DNA of 40,502 nt from Bacteroidales bacterium. GTDB lineage: Bacteria; Bacteroidota; Bacteroidia; Bacteroidales; ML635J-15. The position numbers and the translations under genes were made by a program. The notes below the pieces were generated by a model. It was not told where the DNA came from. It was given only the letters and a program-made list of their open reading frames with translations, and did no database searches. The stretch covers positions 1 through 40,502 of the forward strand of contig JAQVOJ010000008.1 in NCBI GenBank assembly GCA_028702675.1, written 5' to 3'. This document shows positions 28,133-40,498 of this stretch, one piece after another (position 1 is the stretch's first letter; every line of letters begins with the position of its first letter).

Positions 28133-28156
28133 TTTAAATATTTTAGATTCTAAAAC

Positions 28157-29425
28157 CTATTCTACTAAAGCATCCAATTTAGCTTTAACTGCGTCGTGTT
28201 TTTCAATTTCACCAATTCTGTAGTAAATTGTTTTTAAAGTATTGAGAACATTTAAATCTTCATCTTTGAGTTCTAAGCACTTTTCTAGATATGGGACAGC
28301 TAAATTAAACAATTCATTAGAAGCAAGCTTTACTTCGTCGTAAGCTTTAAAATCAGTAGGTGGAATATTTTCGTTTGCCCATGCTAATGTATCCGCTGCG
28401 GAATTGTAATAAAATGCACCCATACTATAGTTTGCATCAAAATTATTTGGGTCTAAATCCAAAGCTTTATTGTATTCTTTTGTAGCTTCCATTTTTTTAT
28501 TCATATCTTCTAATAATGTTCCTTTGATAACATAAAACTGTGGATCGTTAGGGTTTTTTTCAATAGCCATGCTAATATACTCAAACGCTTTTTCGCTTTC
28601 TCCTGCATTTACGTAATAATTAAATGTTTCAATAATCAAATTGTAACTATGCTCAGGATATGCATCTATACCTTTTTGCAAAGTTTCCAACATTTTGGTT
28701 GTATCTCCGGTCTCTTTGTAACACATAGCAAGATTGTAGTAAATACCGGTTTTTTCTTCTTCGTTGGCACCAAACTTAAATCTAATGAGCGCTTTATTAT
28801 ATTCAATAGCTTTTGCATAATTTTCAGCTTTTTTAGCAGCTAAAGAGGCAAAATAATAAATCTGAGTATCTACTTTAAAACTCAAAGTGCTTGCTCCTAT
28901 TGCATATTCAAAACACTCAAGAGCTTTAGCAAAATCTTCTGATTCTTGAAAATGTTCAACTCCTTCATTAACAAATCCGTTAGATAATGCAGGAAGTCTA
29001 ACTCCGATAATATCCATAAGAGCTTGATTATCCTCATATTTTGTTTCTTGATTTGCAATTAGAGTAAGGAACTTAACGATATCATTTTCGTTCTCAAGAT
29101 CCAGTTTACGATTTTCTTCGTCTTCAAAGTTAAGTACTAATGCTTTGGTATATGCATTAAATGCATCTACTTTACAATTGTCGCACAAATTTTGGTATTT
29201 TGGTTTGGTAGCTGTACTTAGTACTTGGTATGTCTGTCCGTAATACCACCATGTTTTGTACCAATCTTTTGTGTCTGGGTGTTCTGTGGCTTTATCTATT
29301 GCATCTTTAGCGTCTCCATAAAAGCCATCTTTAAGGAAACTCCAGCAACTTGTTACATTTCTTTTTTGAGCAAAACCAGTACTTATAACTACCAGCATTG
29401 CAATTATTAAACTAATTTTTTTCAT
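28157..29425 (-). CDS. Secreted tetratricopeptide-repeat (TPR) protein
   Basis: 422 aa with signal peptide MKKISLIIAMLVVISTGFA and multiple TPR-like A/Y/L repeats (AxxYYNLAxCY, AIEKNPNDP, ALDLDPNN). Confidence 0.8.
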   Translation of the reverse strand: MKKISLIIAMLVVISTGFAQKRNVTSCWSFLKDGFYGDAKDAIDKATEHPDTKDWYKTWWYYGQTYQVLSTATKPKYQNLCDNCKVDAFNAYTKALVLNFEDEENRKLDLENENDIVKFLTLIANQETKYEDNQALMDIIGVRLPALSNGFVNEGVEHFQESEDFAKALECFEYAIGASTLSFKVDTQIYYFASLAAKKAENYAKAIEYNKALIRFKFGANEEEKTGIYYNLAMCYKETGDTTKMLETLQKGIDAYPEHSYNLIIETFNYYVNAGESEKAFEYISMAIEKNPNDPQFYVIKGTLLEDMNKKMEATKEYNKALDLDPNNFDANYSMGAFYYNSAADTLAWANENIPPTDFKAYDEVKLASNELFNLAVPYLEKCLELKDEDLNVLNTLKTIYYRIGEIEKHDAVKAKLDALVE

Positions 29426-29483
29426 AATATATTTTTTTCAAAATTAAGATTATAAGATTGTTTTTGCAAATTCTTTGCCAAAC

Positions 29484-32024
29484 CTATTCATCTGTTTCAT
29501 TAATTTCATTTATATTATTGTTTTCGTCTGTTTCTTCACTATTACTATTGCCATTTTTTTCTTGGTCAGCACCGTCTTTTATTTTTGCAACAGAAGCTAT
29601 TGAGTCATCTCTAAGAGTAATAAGTCTCACACCTTGAGTGGCTCTTCCCATTACCCTTAAAGTATCAACAGCCATGCGAATTGTTATCCCTGATTTATTA
29701 ATTATCATTAAGTGATCGTTATCGGTAACTGCACCAATGGCAACAAGATATCCTGTTTTTTCGGTAATGTTAATAGTTTTAACGCCTTTACCTCCTCTAT
29801 TTGTAATTCTGTAGTCTTCGATACTTGAGCGTTTCCCGTAACCATTTTCTGAAACTACCATAACATCCTGAGTTTCGTCAACTGTAACCATTCCAATCAC
29901 TTCGTCATCGTTATCTAAGTTTATTCCTTTTACGCCGGTTGCAGTTCGTCCTATAGGTCTAACAATATCATGTGGAAATCTGATTGCTTTTCCTTTGCGA
30001 GCACCTATCATAATATCTACTGGTTTAGTAGTATCTGAATCATCAATTAGTCTGGCTGTTAATAATGTATCACCTTCTCTTACCGAAAGAGCAATAACGC
30101 CATTTTGTCTTGGTCGAGAATATGCCTCAAGACTTGTTTTTTTGATGATACCTTTTTTGGTACACATTATTATATATCTTGTTTTGATATATTCTTCGTC
30201 TTTTAAGTTTTTAACCTTAATAAAAGCTTTTACTTCGTCTCCAGGTTCAATATTAATTAAATTTTGGATAGCTCTTCCCTTGCTTTGTCGGCTGCCTTCG
30301 GGCAGTTCGTAAACTTTGAGCCAATAGCACTTACCAAATTCGGTAAACAGCAATAATGTATTGTGCATAGTTGCAACAAACATATGTTCAATAAAATCGG
30401 AGTCGCGTGTGCTGGTCCCTTTTGAACCTACTCCTCCCCTGTTTTGAGCTTTAAATTCAGTAATAGGAGTTCGTTTTATGTAGCCAAGGTGTGAAATAGT
30501 AATTACCATTTCATCATCGGCATAAAAATCTTCAGGATTTAATTCTTCACTGGCATACACAATATCAGTTTTTCTTTTGTCTCCATATTTTTCTTTTAAT
30601 TCTATCATTTCATCAGAAAGAATATTCATTCTTAAATCTTCCTCGTTTAATATTCTATTGTACCAAGTAATTTTTTCTTGCAACTGGTTATATTCTTCTT
30701 TTATTTTATCACTTTCGAGAGATACCAATGAGCGTAATCTCATATCAACAATTGCTCTGGCTTGTACATCTGTAAATTCAAATCTTTCGATAAGTCTATC
30801 GCGTGCTTCATCAACTGTTTGAGAGCTACGTATTATTTGGATAACCTCGTCAATATTATCAATAGCTATTAGAAGACCTTCTAATATATGGGCACGTTTT
30901 TCGGCTTGATCAAGTTCGTATTTTGTTTTACGTATCAGAACATCATGTCTGTGCTCAACAAAATAATGAATAAGGTCTTTTAAGTTTAATAAACGTGGTC
31001 TTCCATTAACCAAAGCAATATTATTAACACTAAACGAAGATTGTAGAGCCGTATATTTGTATAACTTGTTAAGAACAACATTAGCAACGGCATCGCGTTT
31101 TAAATCGATAACTATACGCATACCGTTACGGTCAGATTCATCATTAACATTTGCAATACCATCTATTCTTTTTTCAACAATAAGGTCGGCAATTTTCATT
31201 ATAAGTTCGGCCTTATTTACCATATATGGTATTTCGTTAACAATTATCCTTTCTCTACCATTTGGTTCAACTTCAATTTCTACTTTACTTCTAATCAGAA
31301 CTCTACCTCTTCCTGTTTCGTAAGCTTCTCTTACACCATCGTAACCATATATTGTACCTCCGGTAGGAAAATCAGGTGCTATTATGAGGTCAATTAGCTG
31401 ACTAATTTCAATATTTCTATCTTTGATATAAGCGACAATAGCATCAATTGTATTACTCAAATTATGTGGTGGCATATTTGTAGCCATACCAACAGCTATT
31501 CCGCTTGCACCATTAATCAACAAATTAGGAAGTCTTGTAGGTAATACCGATGGTTCTTCAAGTGTGTCATCGAAATTAAGTGTGAAATCAACAGTATTTT
31601 TATCAATATCTAATAGTGTTTCTTCAGCAATTTTTGCTAACCTTGCTTCGGTATAACGCATAGCAGCCGGACTATCGCCATCGATTGACCCAAAGTTTCC
31701 TTGTCCATCAACTAAAGTATATCTGAGCGACCATTGCTGAGCCATTCTTACCATAGCAAAATATACGCTACTATCGCCGTGTGGGTGGTATTTACCAAGC
31801 ACCTCTCCTACTATTCTCGCAGATTTCTTATAAGATTTATTGGAACCTACACCCAAATCGTGCATACCAAACAAAATTCTTCTTTGAACCGGTTTCATGC
31901 CATCTCTAACATCCGGTAATGCTCGTGAAACAATTACTGACATAGAATAATCTATGTAAGCCGATTTCATTTCATCTTCGATATTAACCAGTCTTATTCT
32001 GGAATCCATTTCTTCTCCCTGCAT
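29484..32024 (-). CDS. gyrA: DNA gyrase subunit A
   Basis: 846 aa with an N-terminal type IIA topoisomerase domain including the catalytic Tyr region ([10 protein letters not shown]), a GyrA-box-like RGGKG in the C-terminal beta-pinwheel, and an acidic tail. The start may be Met6 (32009). Confidence 0.85.
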   Translation of the reverse strand: MQGEEMDSRIRLVNIEDEMKSAYIDYSMSVIVSRALPDVRDGMKPVQRRILFGMHDLGVGSNKSYKKSARIVGEVLGKYHPHGDSSVYFAMVRMAQQWSLRYTLVDGQGNFGSIDGDSPAAMRYTEARLAKIAEETLLDIDKNTVDFTLNFDDTLEEPSVLPTRLPNLLINGASGIAVGMATNMPPHNLSNTIDAIVAYIKDRNIEISQLIDLIIAPDFPTGGTIYGYDGVREAYETGRGRVLIRSKVEIEVEPNGRERIIVNEIPYMVNKAELIMKIADLIVEKRIDGIANVNDESDRNGMRIVIDLKRDAVANVVLNKLYKYTALQSSFSVNNIALVNGRPRLLNLKDLIHYFVEHRHDVLIRKTKYELDQAEKRAHILEGLLIAIDNIDEVIQIIRSSQTVDEARDRLIERFEFTDVQARAIVDMRLRSLVSLESDKIKEEYNQLQEKITWYNRILNEEDLRMNILSDEMIELKEKYGDKRKTDIVYASEELNPEDFYADDEMVITISHLGYIKRTPITEFKAQNRGGVGSKGTSTRDSDFIEHMFVATMHNTLLLFTEFGKCYWLKVYELPEGSRQSKGRAIQNLINIEPGDEVKAFIKVKNLKDEEYIKTRYIIMCTKKGIIKKTSLEAYSRPRQNGVIALSVREGDTLLTARLIDDSDTTKPVDIMIGARKGKAIRFPHDIVRPIGRTATGVKGINLDNDDEVIGMVTVDETQDVMVVSENGYGKRSSIEDYRITNRGGKGVKTINITEKTGYLVAIGAVTDNDHLMIINKSGITIRMAVDTLRVMGRATQGVRLITLRDDSIASVAKIKDGADQEKNGNSNSEETDENNNINEINETDE

Positions 32025-32050
32025 AATTCTATTTTATTAATACATTAACA

Positions 32051-32065
32051 GTCTGATAATCAGAC
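32051..32065. promoter_or_regulatory. 15-bp perfect palindrome upstream of gyrA
   Basis: GTCTGATAATCAGAC lies 27 nt upstream of the annotated gyrA start, in the gyrA/clpC divergent region. Confidence 0.25.
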
Positions 32066-32352
32066 ACATATAACTTCTAATTTTGTATGTCTAAAAATAT
32101 AATATTTCCTTAGATTAATATAGTAGAAATTGCTTTAGTTTTCAACAAAAAATGTTTATAAATTTAATTGAAAAACAAGCGCTAAAAATACTTGCAATTG
32201 ATGTTTTTATTGAAACTTCATCTGTATTTAGGAACATTTTTTTACAGGCATAATGGATTTTTTAACAAAAAAAACTTAATTTTGTTAAATTGTAAACATT
32301 AGAGTTAGCGTTTGTGTTATTGTTATAAGGCATTTTAAATGTAAAAAACAAA

Positions 32353-34902
32353 ATGAAAGATAGATATACAAAAGGAGTTGTAGAAGTAATAGGCTTTAGT
32401 AGAGAAGAAGCAATAAGGCTCGGAAATGATTTTATTGGACCCGAACATATTTTTTTAGGACTATTAAGAGAGAGAGACGGCTTAGCAGTTAGGTTATTAA
32501 AAAAACTAGAGTTGGATTTATTAGAAGTCAAAGGTCTTGTTGAAGATAGAGTAAGAAACAAGAGCAATGAATTGAAGGTTGACGAAACATCGAGAATAGT
32601 GCCCCTTAAATCTACTGAAAGAATCCATAGATTCATGCACCTTGAAGCAAGTGCTATGCACAGCGAGGAAATAACGACAGGACATTTATTGTTAGCTTTA
32701 TTAAAAGTACCTAGTCAGGTTACTCAAATTTTAGACGAAAAAAATATAGATTACGATCTTGTAAGGCGGCATGTTGAAATTGAAAGTACTTATGAATCTA
32801 TGTCATCTGACGATTTAGATGATGATGATGACGATGATGATGATATTGATGATTCAGATGAAAGTCTGTATGGTTCAAGTTCAAAGAAAGATATTCATCC
32901 TGGAAGCGGGAAATCAAAATCATCGGATACTCCGGTTCTTGATAGTTTTGGAGTTGATTTAACAAGGTCGGTTGAAGAGGGAAAACTAGACCCGATTGTG
33001 GGTAGAGAGCGTGAAATTGAACGTTTAGCTCAAATATTAAGCAGAAGAAAGAAGAATAATCCGGTGCTTATTGGAGAACCTGGCGTTGGCAAATCTGCAA
33101 TTGTAGAGGGATTAGCCACAAGAATAGTTGAGAAAAAAGTTTCGCATGTACTGTTTGGAAAAAGAGTTATCGCATTAGATATGGCGAGTATAGTTGCCGG
33201 AACTAAATATCGCGGACAATTTGAGGAGCGGATGAAATCTATTCTTAACGAGTTGTCGAAAAACAATGATATTATTCTTTTTATTGACGAAATTCACACT
33301 ATTGTTGGTGCAGGTGGAGCTACAGGTTCTTTAGACGCTGCAAATATGCTTAAGCCAGCTCTTGCACGAGGCGAATTGCAATGCATTGGAGCTACTACAC
33401 TAGATGAATATCGTCAGCATATAGAAAAAGATGGTGCTTTGGAAAGAAGATTCCAAAAAGTAATGGTGGAAGCAACTTCTGAAGATGAAACGATATCTAT
33501 TCTTAATAATATTAAAGAAAGATATGAGGATCATCATAATGTACGATATACCAAAGAAGCTATAGAAGCATGCGTAAAACTTACGGTAAGATATATTAGC
33601 GACAGATGTTTGCCAGACAAAGCAATTGATGCTTTAGACGAAGCAGGTAGCCGTGTTCATATCAGAGCTGTTGTTGTGCCCGAGAAAATTGTAAAACTAG
33701 AAGATGAGCTTATTAAAGCTAAACAATCTAAATTAGAAGCAGTAAAAAATCAAAAATTTGAAATTGCAGCAAGTTTTAGAGATAAAGAAAGAGATATTGA
33801 AAGAGCTATTGAATTTGCAAAAGAACGTTGGCAAGAAGAATTGAGTGAGAAAAGAGAAACTGTTGATGAAAATCATGTTGCCGAAGTAATTGCCATGATG
33901 ACAGGTGTTCCGGTAAAACGAATTGCTCAAAACGAAGGGGCTCGTTTGCTAAATATGGGTAGCGAAATTAAAGGTGCTGTTATTGGGCAGGATCAAGCAG
34001 TCCAAAAAATTGTGCTTGCAATTCAAAGAAACAGAGCAGGACTGAAAGACCCGAATAAACCTATTGGGTCATTTATCTTTTTAGGTCCCACAGGAGTTGG
34101 TAAAACTCAATTGGCTAAAGTGCTAGCTAAATATCTATTTGATTCGGAAGATGCCTTAATAAGAATTGATATGAGCGAGTATATGGAAAAATTTTCAGTT
34201 TCCAGACTCGTAGGAGCTCCTCCAGGTTATGTCGGTTACGAAGAAGGTGGTCAACTTACCGAAAAAGTAAGAAGAAAACCCTACTCTATCGTTTTACTTG
34301 ACGAAATTGAAAAAGCACACCCCGATGTTTTTCATATTCTATTGCAAGTACTCGACGAAGGCAGATTAACTGACAGTCTCGGTCGCAGAATTGATTTTAG
34401 AAATACAATCATTATTATGACTTCTAATATCGGAACTCGCCAGTTAGCAGAATATGGAAAAGGTGTAGGTTTTGAAACTAAAGCGAAACGCGAAGGCATA
34501 CATAATCATAATAAAAGTATTATTGATAATGCACTCAAAAAAGCATTTGCACCTGAGTTTCTAAACCGTATTGATGATGTTGTGCTGTTCAATTCTCTTA
34601 CCGAAAATGAAATATTTCAAATTATAGACATAGAATTAAAAGATGTGTTTAAAAGAGTTGAAGAACTTGGTTATTATATAAAAATTTCTGAATCTGCTAA
34701 AAAATATATTGCTCAAAAAGGTTTTGACCCTAAATTTGGTGCCAGACCACTAAAACGAGCTATCCAAAAATATATCGAAGACGTCTTAGCTGAAACAATT
34801 ATCAAAGCAAAAATTGCAGAAGGTGATACTATTTCGGTTGGCTTTAAATCTGATTCCGGAATTCAGATTAAAATTCTCAAAAAACAAATAAAGAAAACAT
34901 AA
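32353..34902 (+). CDS. clpC: ATP-dependent Clp protease ATP-binding subunit ClpC (class I AAA+ chaperone)
   Basis: 849 aa with two Clp_N repeats, two AAA+ modules (Walker [10 protein letters not shown] and GPTGVGKT), and a short UVR-like linker rather than the long ClpB coiled coil. Contains an unusual poly-Asp insert. Confidence 0.85.
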   Translation: MKDRYTKGVVEVIGFSREEAIRLGNDFIGPEHIFLGLLRERDGLAVRLLKKLELDLLEVKGLVEDRVRNKSNELKVDETSRIVPLKSTERIHRFMHLEASAMHSEEITTGHLLLALLKVPSQVTQILDEKNIDYDLVRRHVEIESTYESMSSDDLDDDDDDDDDIDDSDESLYGSSSKKDIHPGSGKSKSSDTPVLDSFGVDLTRSVEEGKLDPIVGREREIERLAQILSRRKKNNPVLIGEPGVGKSAIVEGLATRIVEKKVSHVLFGKRVIALDMASIVAGTKYRGQFEERMKSILNELSKNNDIILFIDEIHTIVGAGGATGSLDAANMLKPALARGELQCIGATTLDEYRQHIEKDGALERRFQKVMVEATSEDETISILNNIKERYEDHHNVRYTKEAIEACVKLTVRYISDRCLPDKAIDALDEAGSRVHIRAVVVPEKIVKLEDELIKAKQSKLEAVKNQKFEIAASFRDKERDIERAIEFAKERWQEELSEKRETVDENHVAEVIAMMTGVPVKRIAQNEGARLLNMGSEIKGAVIGQDQAVQKIVLAIQRNRAGLKDPNKPIGSFIFLGPTGVGKTQLAKVLAKYLFDSEDALIRIDMSEYMEKFSVSRLVGAPPGYVGYEEGGQLTEKVRRKPYSIVLLDEIEKAHPDVFHILLQVLDEGRLTDSLGRRIDFRNTIIIMTSNIGTRQLAEYGKGVGFETKAKREGIHNHNKSIIDNALKKAFAPEFLNRIDDVVLFNSLTENEIFQIIDIELKDVFKRVEELGYYIKISESAKKYIAQKGFDPKFGARPLKRAIQKYIEDVLAETIIKAKIAEGDTISVGFKSDSGIQIKILKKQIKKT

Positions 34903-34942
34903 TAGCTGTAAATTCATATATATTAACTTTTAAATCGTCATA

Positions 34943-37900
34943 ATGAAAAAAAAGAATTTGATCTACCTAATTGGTGGCATAATTATTTTTACTGTTGTTT
35001 TATTTGTTGTAATTAAGTTGTTTGGCAATAGTAAAGAAAAGAGTATTTCTAACCCTGAAGTGTTTAGTCCATATATTTCGGGTTATACATCAGGAGTTGT
35101 TTCAAAACATACAAATCTAACTATTGAATTAAACTCTACATTTGCTAAAACACTTGATAAAGAAAAACCAAGCGATGGTATATTTAAATTAAACCCTTCG
35201 ATTGAAGGTAAAGTTGTTTGGGCTGATGACCATACAATACAGTTTATTCCTGAAGAACCACTTAAGTCGGGCGAAAAGTATAATGTAGAGTTCAAATTAA
35301 AAAAACTCAAAAAAGACATTGAAGATAGTTTTGAAAGCTTTGTGTTCGAAATAATTGTAAAACAACAAGATTTTTTAGTAGAATATGATGAGCTTATAAG
35401 CACCGATTTTTCTGATTTAAGTACTTATGATCTTACAGGACGTGTCAAATTAGCTGATGCTGAACCCATAGATGTTGTTGAAAAGGTTTTGAACAGCACA
35501 TATGAAGAAGAAAAACTGAATATAGAGGTAGAACAAATTACAGATCAGGAATTTAGTTTTAGAATTAAAGACATTAAAAGGGATAATAAAGAGAAAACAT
35601 TAAAACTTAATTATGATGGTAAGGCTATTGGAATCAAAAAACATGGCAATATTAAATATGAAATCCCTGAAGCAGGAATATTTAAAGTTATTGATGCCAG
35701 AGTTGAAAATTTCCCTGAACAATGTGTAATAATTCAGTTTTCTAATCCTGTTTTAGAATCTCAATATCTCGAAGGCTTAATTCGTCTCGAAGATGATCCC
35801 GAACTTCGATATATTATTAGGAATAATATTATTAAAATAATTCCAACTACAAGATTACAAGGCAAATACAGTCTTTATGTAAACGAAGGCATTAAAGACA
35901 TTAAACAACAAAAAATTTTCAATAGATATTTTAAAAACTTGAAATTTGAAGCTCAAAAACCAGCACTCAGAACCATTCATAAAGGAGTAATAATGCCTAG
36001 TACTGAAAATGGTTTGGTATTCCCATTCGAAGCGGTAAACTTGAGGGCAGTAGATGTAAAAATTACACGAATTTTTGAAAATAATGTGTTGCAGTTTTTG
36101 CAAAATAACAGTTACGATGGTACTTACGAAATTAGACGTGTTGGTAAACCTATTTGTCAGACTACAATAAGCTTAGAGCAAGTTGGTATTGCAGATTTTA
36201 GTAAGTGGAACAGATTTACTATAGATTTAAATAGCTTAATTAAACCCGAACCAGGTGCAATTTATGCTATTGATATTTGTTTTAGAAAACAACATGCTTT
36301 ATACCCATGTAAGGCAAACGATTCAATAATTGATGAAGTGGGAAAACTCACAAATACTTTAAGTTCTGATGATGAAGATTTCTGGAAATATGAATTTGAA
36401 AACTACACATACGGGGATTACTATTATAATTGGGAAGAAGCCGAAAATCCTTGTTCCGATTACTACTATGGTTACAAAAGATCAGTATCAGCTAATTTAT
36501 TTGCTTCCAATATTGGATTATTGGCAAAAAAAGGTGTAAATAATGAATTGATGGTTGTTGCCACAGATTTAATAAGTGCAGTACCTCTTAAAGCTTGTGA
36601 GATAGAGATTTATAATTATCAACAACAGTTGATTGCTGAAGCTAAAACCGATAAAAATGGCATGGCAATGATTGAGTATGACGAAGATGAAGAAGCTTAT
36701 TTTGTGGTAGCTAAAAACGATTCAGAAAGAGCATATTTGAAGTTAAACTACGGAGAATCACAATCTATAAGTGAATTTGACGTTTCAGGTAATTCAAGTT
36801 CTGATAATCAGGCTTTTATCTTTGGCGAAAGAGGTGTGTGGCGACCTGGAGATTCAATTTATTTAAGCCTTATCTTTGAAGATAATTCTGAACCAATTCC
36901 TCTTGGGCATCCAATTGTTTTAGAAGTTACTAACCCAAGAGGTCAATTAATATATCGTGATGTACAAGCTAAAAATGAATGGGCATATCATACATTCAGA
37001 TTTAAAACCGAAAATAATGATCCTACGGGGAATTATAATGCAAAAATAAGTATAGGAGGTAATACATATTGGAAAACATTGCCTGTTGAAACAATTAAAC
37101 CGAACCGTTTGCAAATTGAAATGGATTTTAGCAAAAATTACTTAAGTGGCGATGGTGATGTTTCTACCACCCTAACAGCAAGATGGTTACATGGAGCTAT
37201 AGCTAAAGGACTTAAAACCAATGTAAATCTTACTTTGTACGAAGCTAATACTAATTTTAAAGATTATGAAAAGTATCAGTTTACCGATATTACTAAAAGT
37301 TTAAATTTTGAAACTAAACAAGTTTTTGAGGGAACTACTGATGATAACGGACAAATTATTCAACCAATTAAACTTAATATTGGTAATACTGCACCAGGAA
37401 AATGCTATGCAGTTTTATCTGCAAAAGTGTTTGAAAAAGGTGGAAATTTCAGTACTAGCGAAGAGAGTATAGATTTTTATCCTTATAATAGTTTTGTTGG
37501 GACATATATTCCTGCTAAAGAAGATTCTTATTATCTAAAAGGTAATAATAGCTATGATTTAGATATAGTAATTCTTAACAAAGACGGAAAAAGAATTGAG
37601 ACAAGGCGTGAACTCGAAGTATTATTATTTGAATATGAGTGGTCTTGGTGGTACGAAAGCAATGACAATAACGCAAGTTTTGCTTCGAGTAATTACAATA
37701 ATGCAATTGATAAAAAGAAAGTTACTGTAGAAGCCGGCAGAGGTAAAACTAATATTGATTTACCAAATGTAGATTATGGCGAATTTTTAATATATGTTTA
37801 TGATCCTATTTCTAAACATTCAAGTTCACAAACTATTAATGTTAGCAACTATTCTTATGGTTCTTATAATTACGAAGGCTCTAAAGGAGCACAAATGCTT

Positions 37901-40498
37901 ACATTAGAGCCCGAAGAAGATACAGTAAAAATTGGCAGCGACATTATAGTAAAATTACCCGAAGGCAAAGGTCATGCTTTAGTTACTATTGAAAACGGTT
38001 CACGAATTATTCATTCCGAATGGGTAGAAGTTAATGGCAAAGATTCTGAGTTTAAAACCAAATCAACTGCCGAAATGTCGCCAAATATTTATGTAAATGT
38101 TACTTTTATACAAGCCCATAGTCAAACAGAAAACGATCATCCAATAAGAATGTACGGAGTTGCGCCTGTATGGGTTCAGAATCCTGAAACTCATTTAAAA
38201 CCTCTTATTGATATGCCTGACGAATTAGAAGCTGATAGCAAAGTTTCGATTAAGATTAGCGAAGAAAATGGTACACCAATGACATATACAATAGCTATAG
38301 TTGACGAGGGATTATTAAATCTTACACGATACTCCACTCCTAACCCATGGTCTCACTTTTATAGTAGAGACGCTCTAGGTGTTACAACTTGGGATATGTT
38401 CGACTGGGTAATTGGAGCATACGGAATTAAACTTGAGCGTTTGTTAAGTATTGGAGGTGGTGCCGGATTAGACGGAGACCTTGATCCACTTAAAGCAAAT
38501 CGTTTTGAACCAATGGTACGTTTTATGGGACCCTATCATATTGATAAAAATAAAACTGCTACTCACGAAATTCAACTTCCACAATATATTGGATCGGTTA
38601 GAACAATGGTAATAGCTTCTAATAATGAGACTTTGGCGTATGGAAATGCAGAAAAAACCACTCCTGTAATTAAGCCTCTTATGGTATTAGGTTCGTTACC
38701 GCGAGTACTTAGCCCTCAAGAAGAAGTTATTTTACCTATTACTTTATTTGCAATGGAATCATCAGTTAACAATGTTGTTGTAGAAGTTGAAACTAATGAT
38801 TTGTTGAGCATTAATGGAGAGCCTAAACAAATTGTTCAATTCGATAAGGAAGGAGAAAAATATTTAAGCTTTAAACTTAATGTAAATAATACTACTGGTG
38901 TAGCTAAAGTGAAAATTAGTGCAAAAAGTGGTATCTATAAAGCAAATTATGATATTGAATTAAATGTGAGATACCCAAATCCACCAACAACAGATGTTTT
39001 AACAGCTTTGGCAGAAGGTGGAGAGTCAACCGAATTAGAATTTGAGGCTAAAGGTATAGAAGGTACTAATAGTGTAGTTTTAGAATTATACAGCATCCCT
39101 CCTGTTAATCTTCAGAAACGTTTAAATTACTTGATTTCATATCCGCATGGGTGCGTAGAACAAATTGTTTCAGCAGCATTTCCACAATTGTATTTGTCTG
39201 AGTTTGTAAAGCTTAGTGATAATGAAACTCAAAATGTACAGCAACATATAAATACTACTATTAGCAAATTAACTAAATATCAATTGAAAAACGGTGGATT
39301 TTCATATTGGCCTGGTAATGACAATGTTTCTTCGTGGGGTACAAACTATGCAGGTCATTTTCTAATAGAAGCACAAAAGGCTGGTTACAATGTAGCAAAT
39401 ACAGTAATAAACAATTGGGTATCTTACCAGAAAATTAAAGCCTCGAAATGGACTGATGACGGCTCATATTCACAACTAATACAAGCTTATCGATTATATA
39501 CTTTAGCTTTAAGCGGAAATCCCGATAAAGGCTCAATGAATCGTTTTAGGCAAATTTCAAACTTGTCGGTACAATCGAAATGGAGATTAGCCGCAGCGTA
39601 TCAGCTAACAGGTAACCAGAGAGTAGCCCAACAAATTATTGACGGATTGACTAATAAAATTAATGATTACAACGATCAGGGTAGCACTTTTGGTTCTGCA
39701 CTTAGAGACAGGGCTATGGTTTTAGAAACCATGGTGTTGATGAATAAAAAAGAAGAGGCATTTAAGTTACTTATGGATATTGCCGAAGAACTTGGTAAGG
39801 ACAAATGGATGAGTACTCAAACTACTGCATACGCTCTTAAAGCTGTTGGTGATTATATTAAAGTAAATAAACCTGCTGAAGGAATAAATTGTAATATAAA
39901 CCTAAATGGAACTTCAAAAACTCTAAACGCTAATATGCCTGTTATTAAGGAATCATTGCAAATTAAGGAAAATGAGTTAAATGAGATTGAGATAATTAAT
40001 AAAGCCAATTCTATTTTGTATATAAGAATAGTAAGAAGTGGTATTCCTGAACTAGGCTCCGAAACCGATGCTGCCAACGAAATGCAAATGGATATACAAT
40101 ATACTTATCTTGATGGCACTCCACTTGACTTTACAAATATTGAACAAGGAACTGACTTTTTGGCAACAGTTAAGATTAAACCTACAGGCTATAGAAACAG
40201 CTACGAAAATATGGCTCTTACTCAAATGTTCCCCTCAGGGTGGGAAATTATAAATCAAAGAATGACAACTGTAGATATTGGAGAACAGTCGTATGCAGAA
40301 TATAAAGATATCAGAGATGACAGGATTTATACATATTTCAGCGCATATAATAATGCTACACAAACATACAAAGTAATGTTAAATGCATCTTTTGCAGGAA
40401 AGTTTTATTTGCCTGCGGTTAATGCCGCTGCTATGTACGACAATACTGTTTTCGCAAGAAAAAAAGGAATGTGGGTTAGAGTTGAAAGTGTTTATTAA
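34943..40498 (+). CDS. Alpha-2-macroglobulin family protein (bacterial A2M / ECAM-like) with intact thioester motif
   Basis: 1851 aa with an N-terminal signal anchor, repeated MG-like beta-sandwich domains, the thioester motif GCVEQ (39149-39163), and a C-terminal receptor-binding-like domain. Confidence 0.85.
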   Translation: MKKKNLIYLIGGIIIFTVVLFVVIKLFGNSKEKSISNPEVFSPYISGYTSGVVSKHTNLTIELNSTFAKTLDKEKPSDGIFKLNPSIEGKVVWADDHTIQFIPEEPLKSGEKYNVEFKLKKLKKDIEDSFESFVFEIIVKQQDFLVEYDELISTDFSDLSTYDLTGRVKLADAEPIDVVEKVLNSTYEEEKLNIEVEQITDQEFSFRIKDIKRDNKEKTLKLNYDGKAIGIKKHGNIKYEIPEAGIFKVIDARVENFPEQCVIIQFSNPVLESQYLEGLIRLEDDPELRYIIRNNIIKIIPTTRLQGKYSLYVNEGIKDIKQQKIFNRYFKNLKFEAQKPALRTIHKGVIMPSTENGLVFPFEAVNLRAVDVKITRIFENNVLQFLQNNSYDGTYEIRRVGKPICQTTISLEQVGIADFSKWNRFTIDLNSLIKPEPGAIYAIDICFRKQHALYPCKANDSIIDEVGKLTNTLSSDDEDFWKYEFENYTYGDYYYNWEEAENPCSDYYYGYKRSVSANLFASNIGLLAKKGVNNELMVVATDLISAVPLKACEIEIYNYQQQLIAEAKTDKNGMAMIEYDEDEEAYFVVAKNDSERAYLKLNYGESQSISEFDVSGNSSSDNQAFIFGERGVWRPGDSIYLSLIFEDNSEPIPLGHPIVLEVTNPRGQLIYRDVQAKNEWAYHTFRFKTENNDPTGNYNAKISIGGNTYWKTLPVETIKPNRLQIEMDFSKNYLSGDGDVSTTLTARWLHGAIAKGLKTNVNLTLYEANTNFKDYEKYQFTDITKSLNFETKQVFEGTTDDNGQIIQPIKLNIGNTAPGKCYAVLSAKVFEKGGNFSTSEESIDFYPYNSFVGTYIPAKEDSYYLKGNNSYDLDIVILNKDGKRIETRRELEVLLFEYEWSWWYESNDNNASFASSNYNNAIDKKKVTVEAGRGKTNIDLPNVDYGEFLIYVYDPISKHSSSQTINVSNYSYGSYNYEGSKGAQMLTLEPEEDTVKIGSDIIVKLPEGKGHALVTIENGSRIIHSEWVEVNGKDSEFKTKSTAEMSPNIYVNVTFIQAHSQTENDHPIRMYGVAPVWVQNPETHLKPLIDMPDELEADSKVSIKISEENGTPMTYTIAIVDEGLLNLTRYSTPNPWSHFYSRDALGVTTWDMFDWVIGAYGIKLERLLSIGGGAGLDGDLDPLKANRFEPMVRFMGPYHIDKNKTATHEIQLPQYIGSVRTMVIASNNETLAYGNAEKTTPVIKPLMVLGSLPRVLSPQEEVILPITLFAMESSVNNVVVEVETNDLLSINGEPKQIVQFDKEGEKYLSFKLNVNNTTGVAKVKISAKSGIYKANYDIELNVRYPNPPTTDVLTALAEGGESTELEFEAKGIEGTNSVVLELYSIPPVNLQKRLNYLISYPHGCVEQIVSAAFPQLYLSEFVKLSDNETQNVQQHINTTISKLTKYQLKNGGFSYWPGNDNVSSWGTNYAGHFLIEAQKAGYNVANTVINNWVSYQKIKASKWTDDGSYSQLIQAYRLYTLALSGNPDKGSMNRFRQISNLSVQSKWRLAAAYQLTGNQRVAQQIIDGLTNKINDYNDQGSTFGSALRDRAMVLETMVLMNKKEEAFKLLMDIAEELGKDKWMSTQTTAYALKAVGDYIKVNKPAEGINCNINLNGTSKTLNANMPVIKESLQIKENELNEIEIINKANSILYIRIVRSGIPELGSETDAANEMQMDIQYTYLDGTPLDFTNIEQGTDFLATVKIKPTGYRNSYENMALTQMFPSGWEIINQRMTTVDIGEQSYAEYKDIRDDRIYTYFSAYNNATQTYKVMLNASFAGKFYLPAVNAAAMYDNTVFARKKGMWVRVESVY

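Noticed and set aside
32262-32636. 124-aa minus-strand ORF overlapping the clpC start
   Set aside because: Low-complexity (Ser/Leu/Asn-rich) translation, antisense to the conserved Clp N-domain.
35083-36103. Minus-strand ORFs (106 and 82 aa) inside the A2M gene, and similar short antisense ORFs inside gyrA, clpC, the flotillin gene, the HK gene and the TPR gene
   Set aside because: All antisense to long conserved CDSs; typical AT-rich shadow ORFs.
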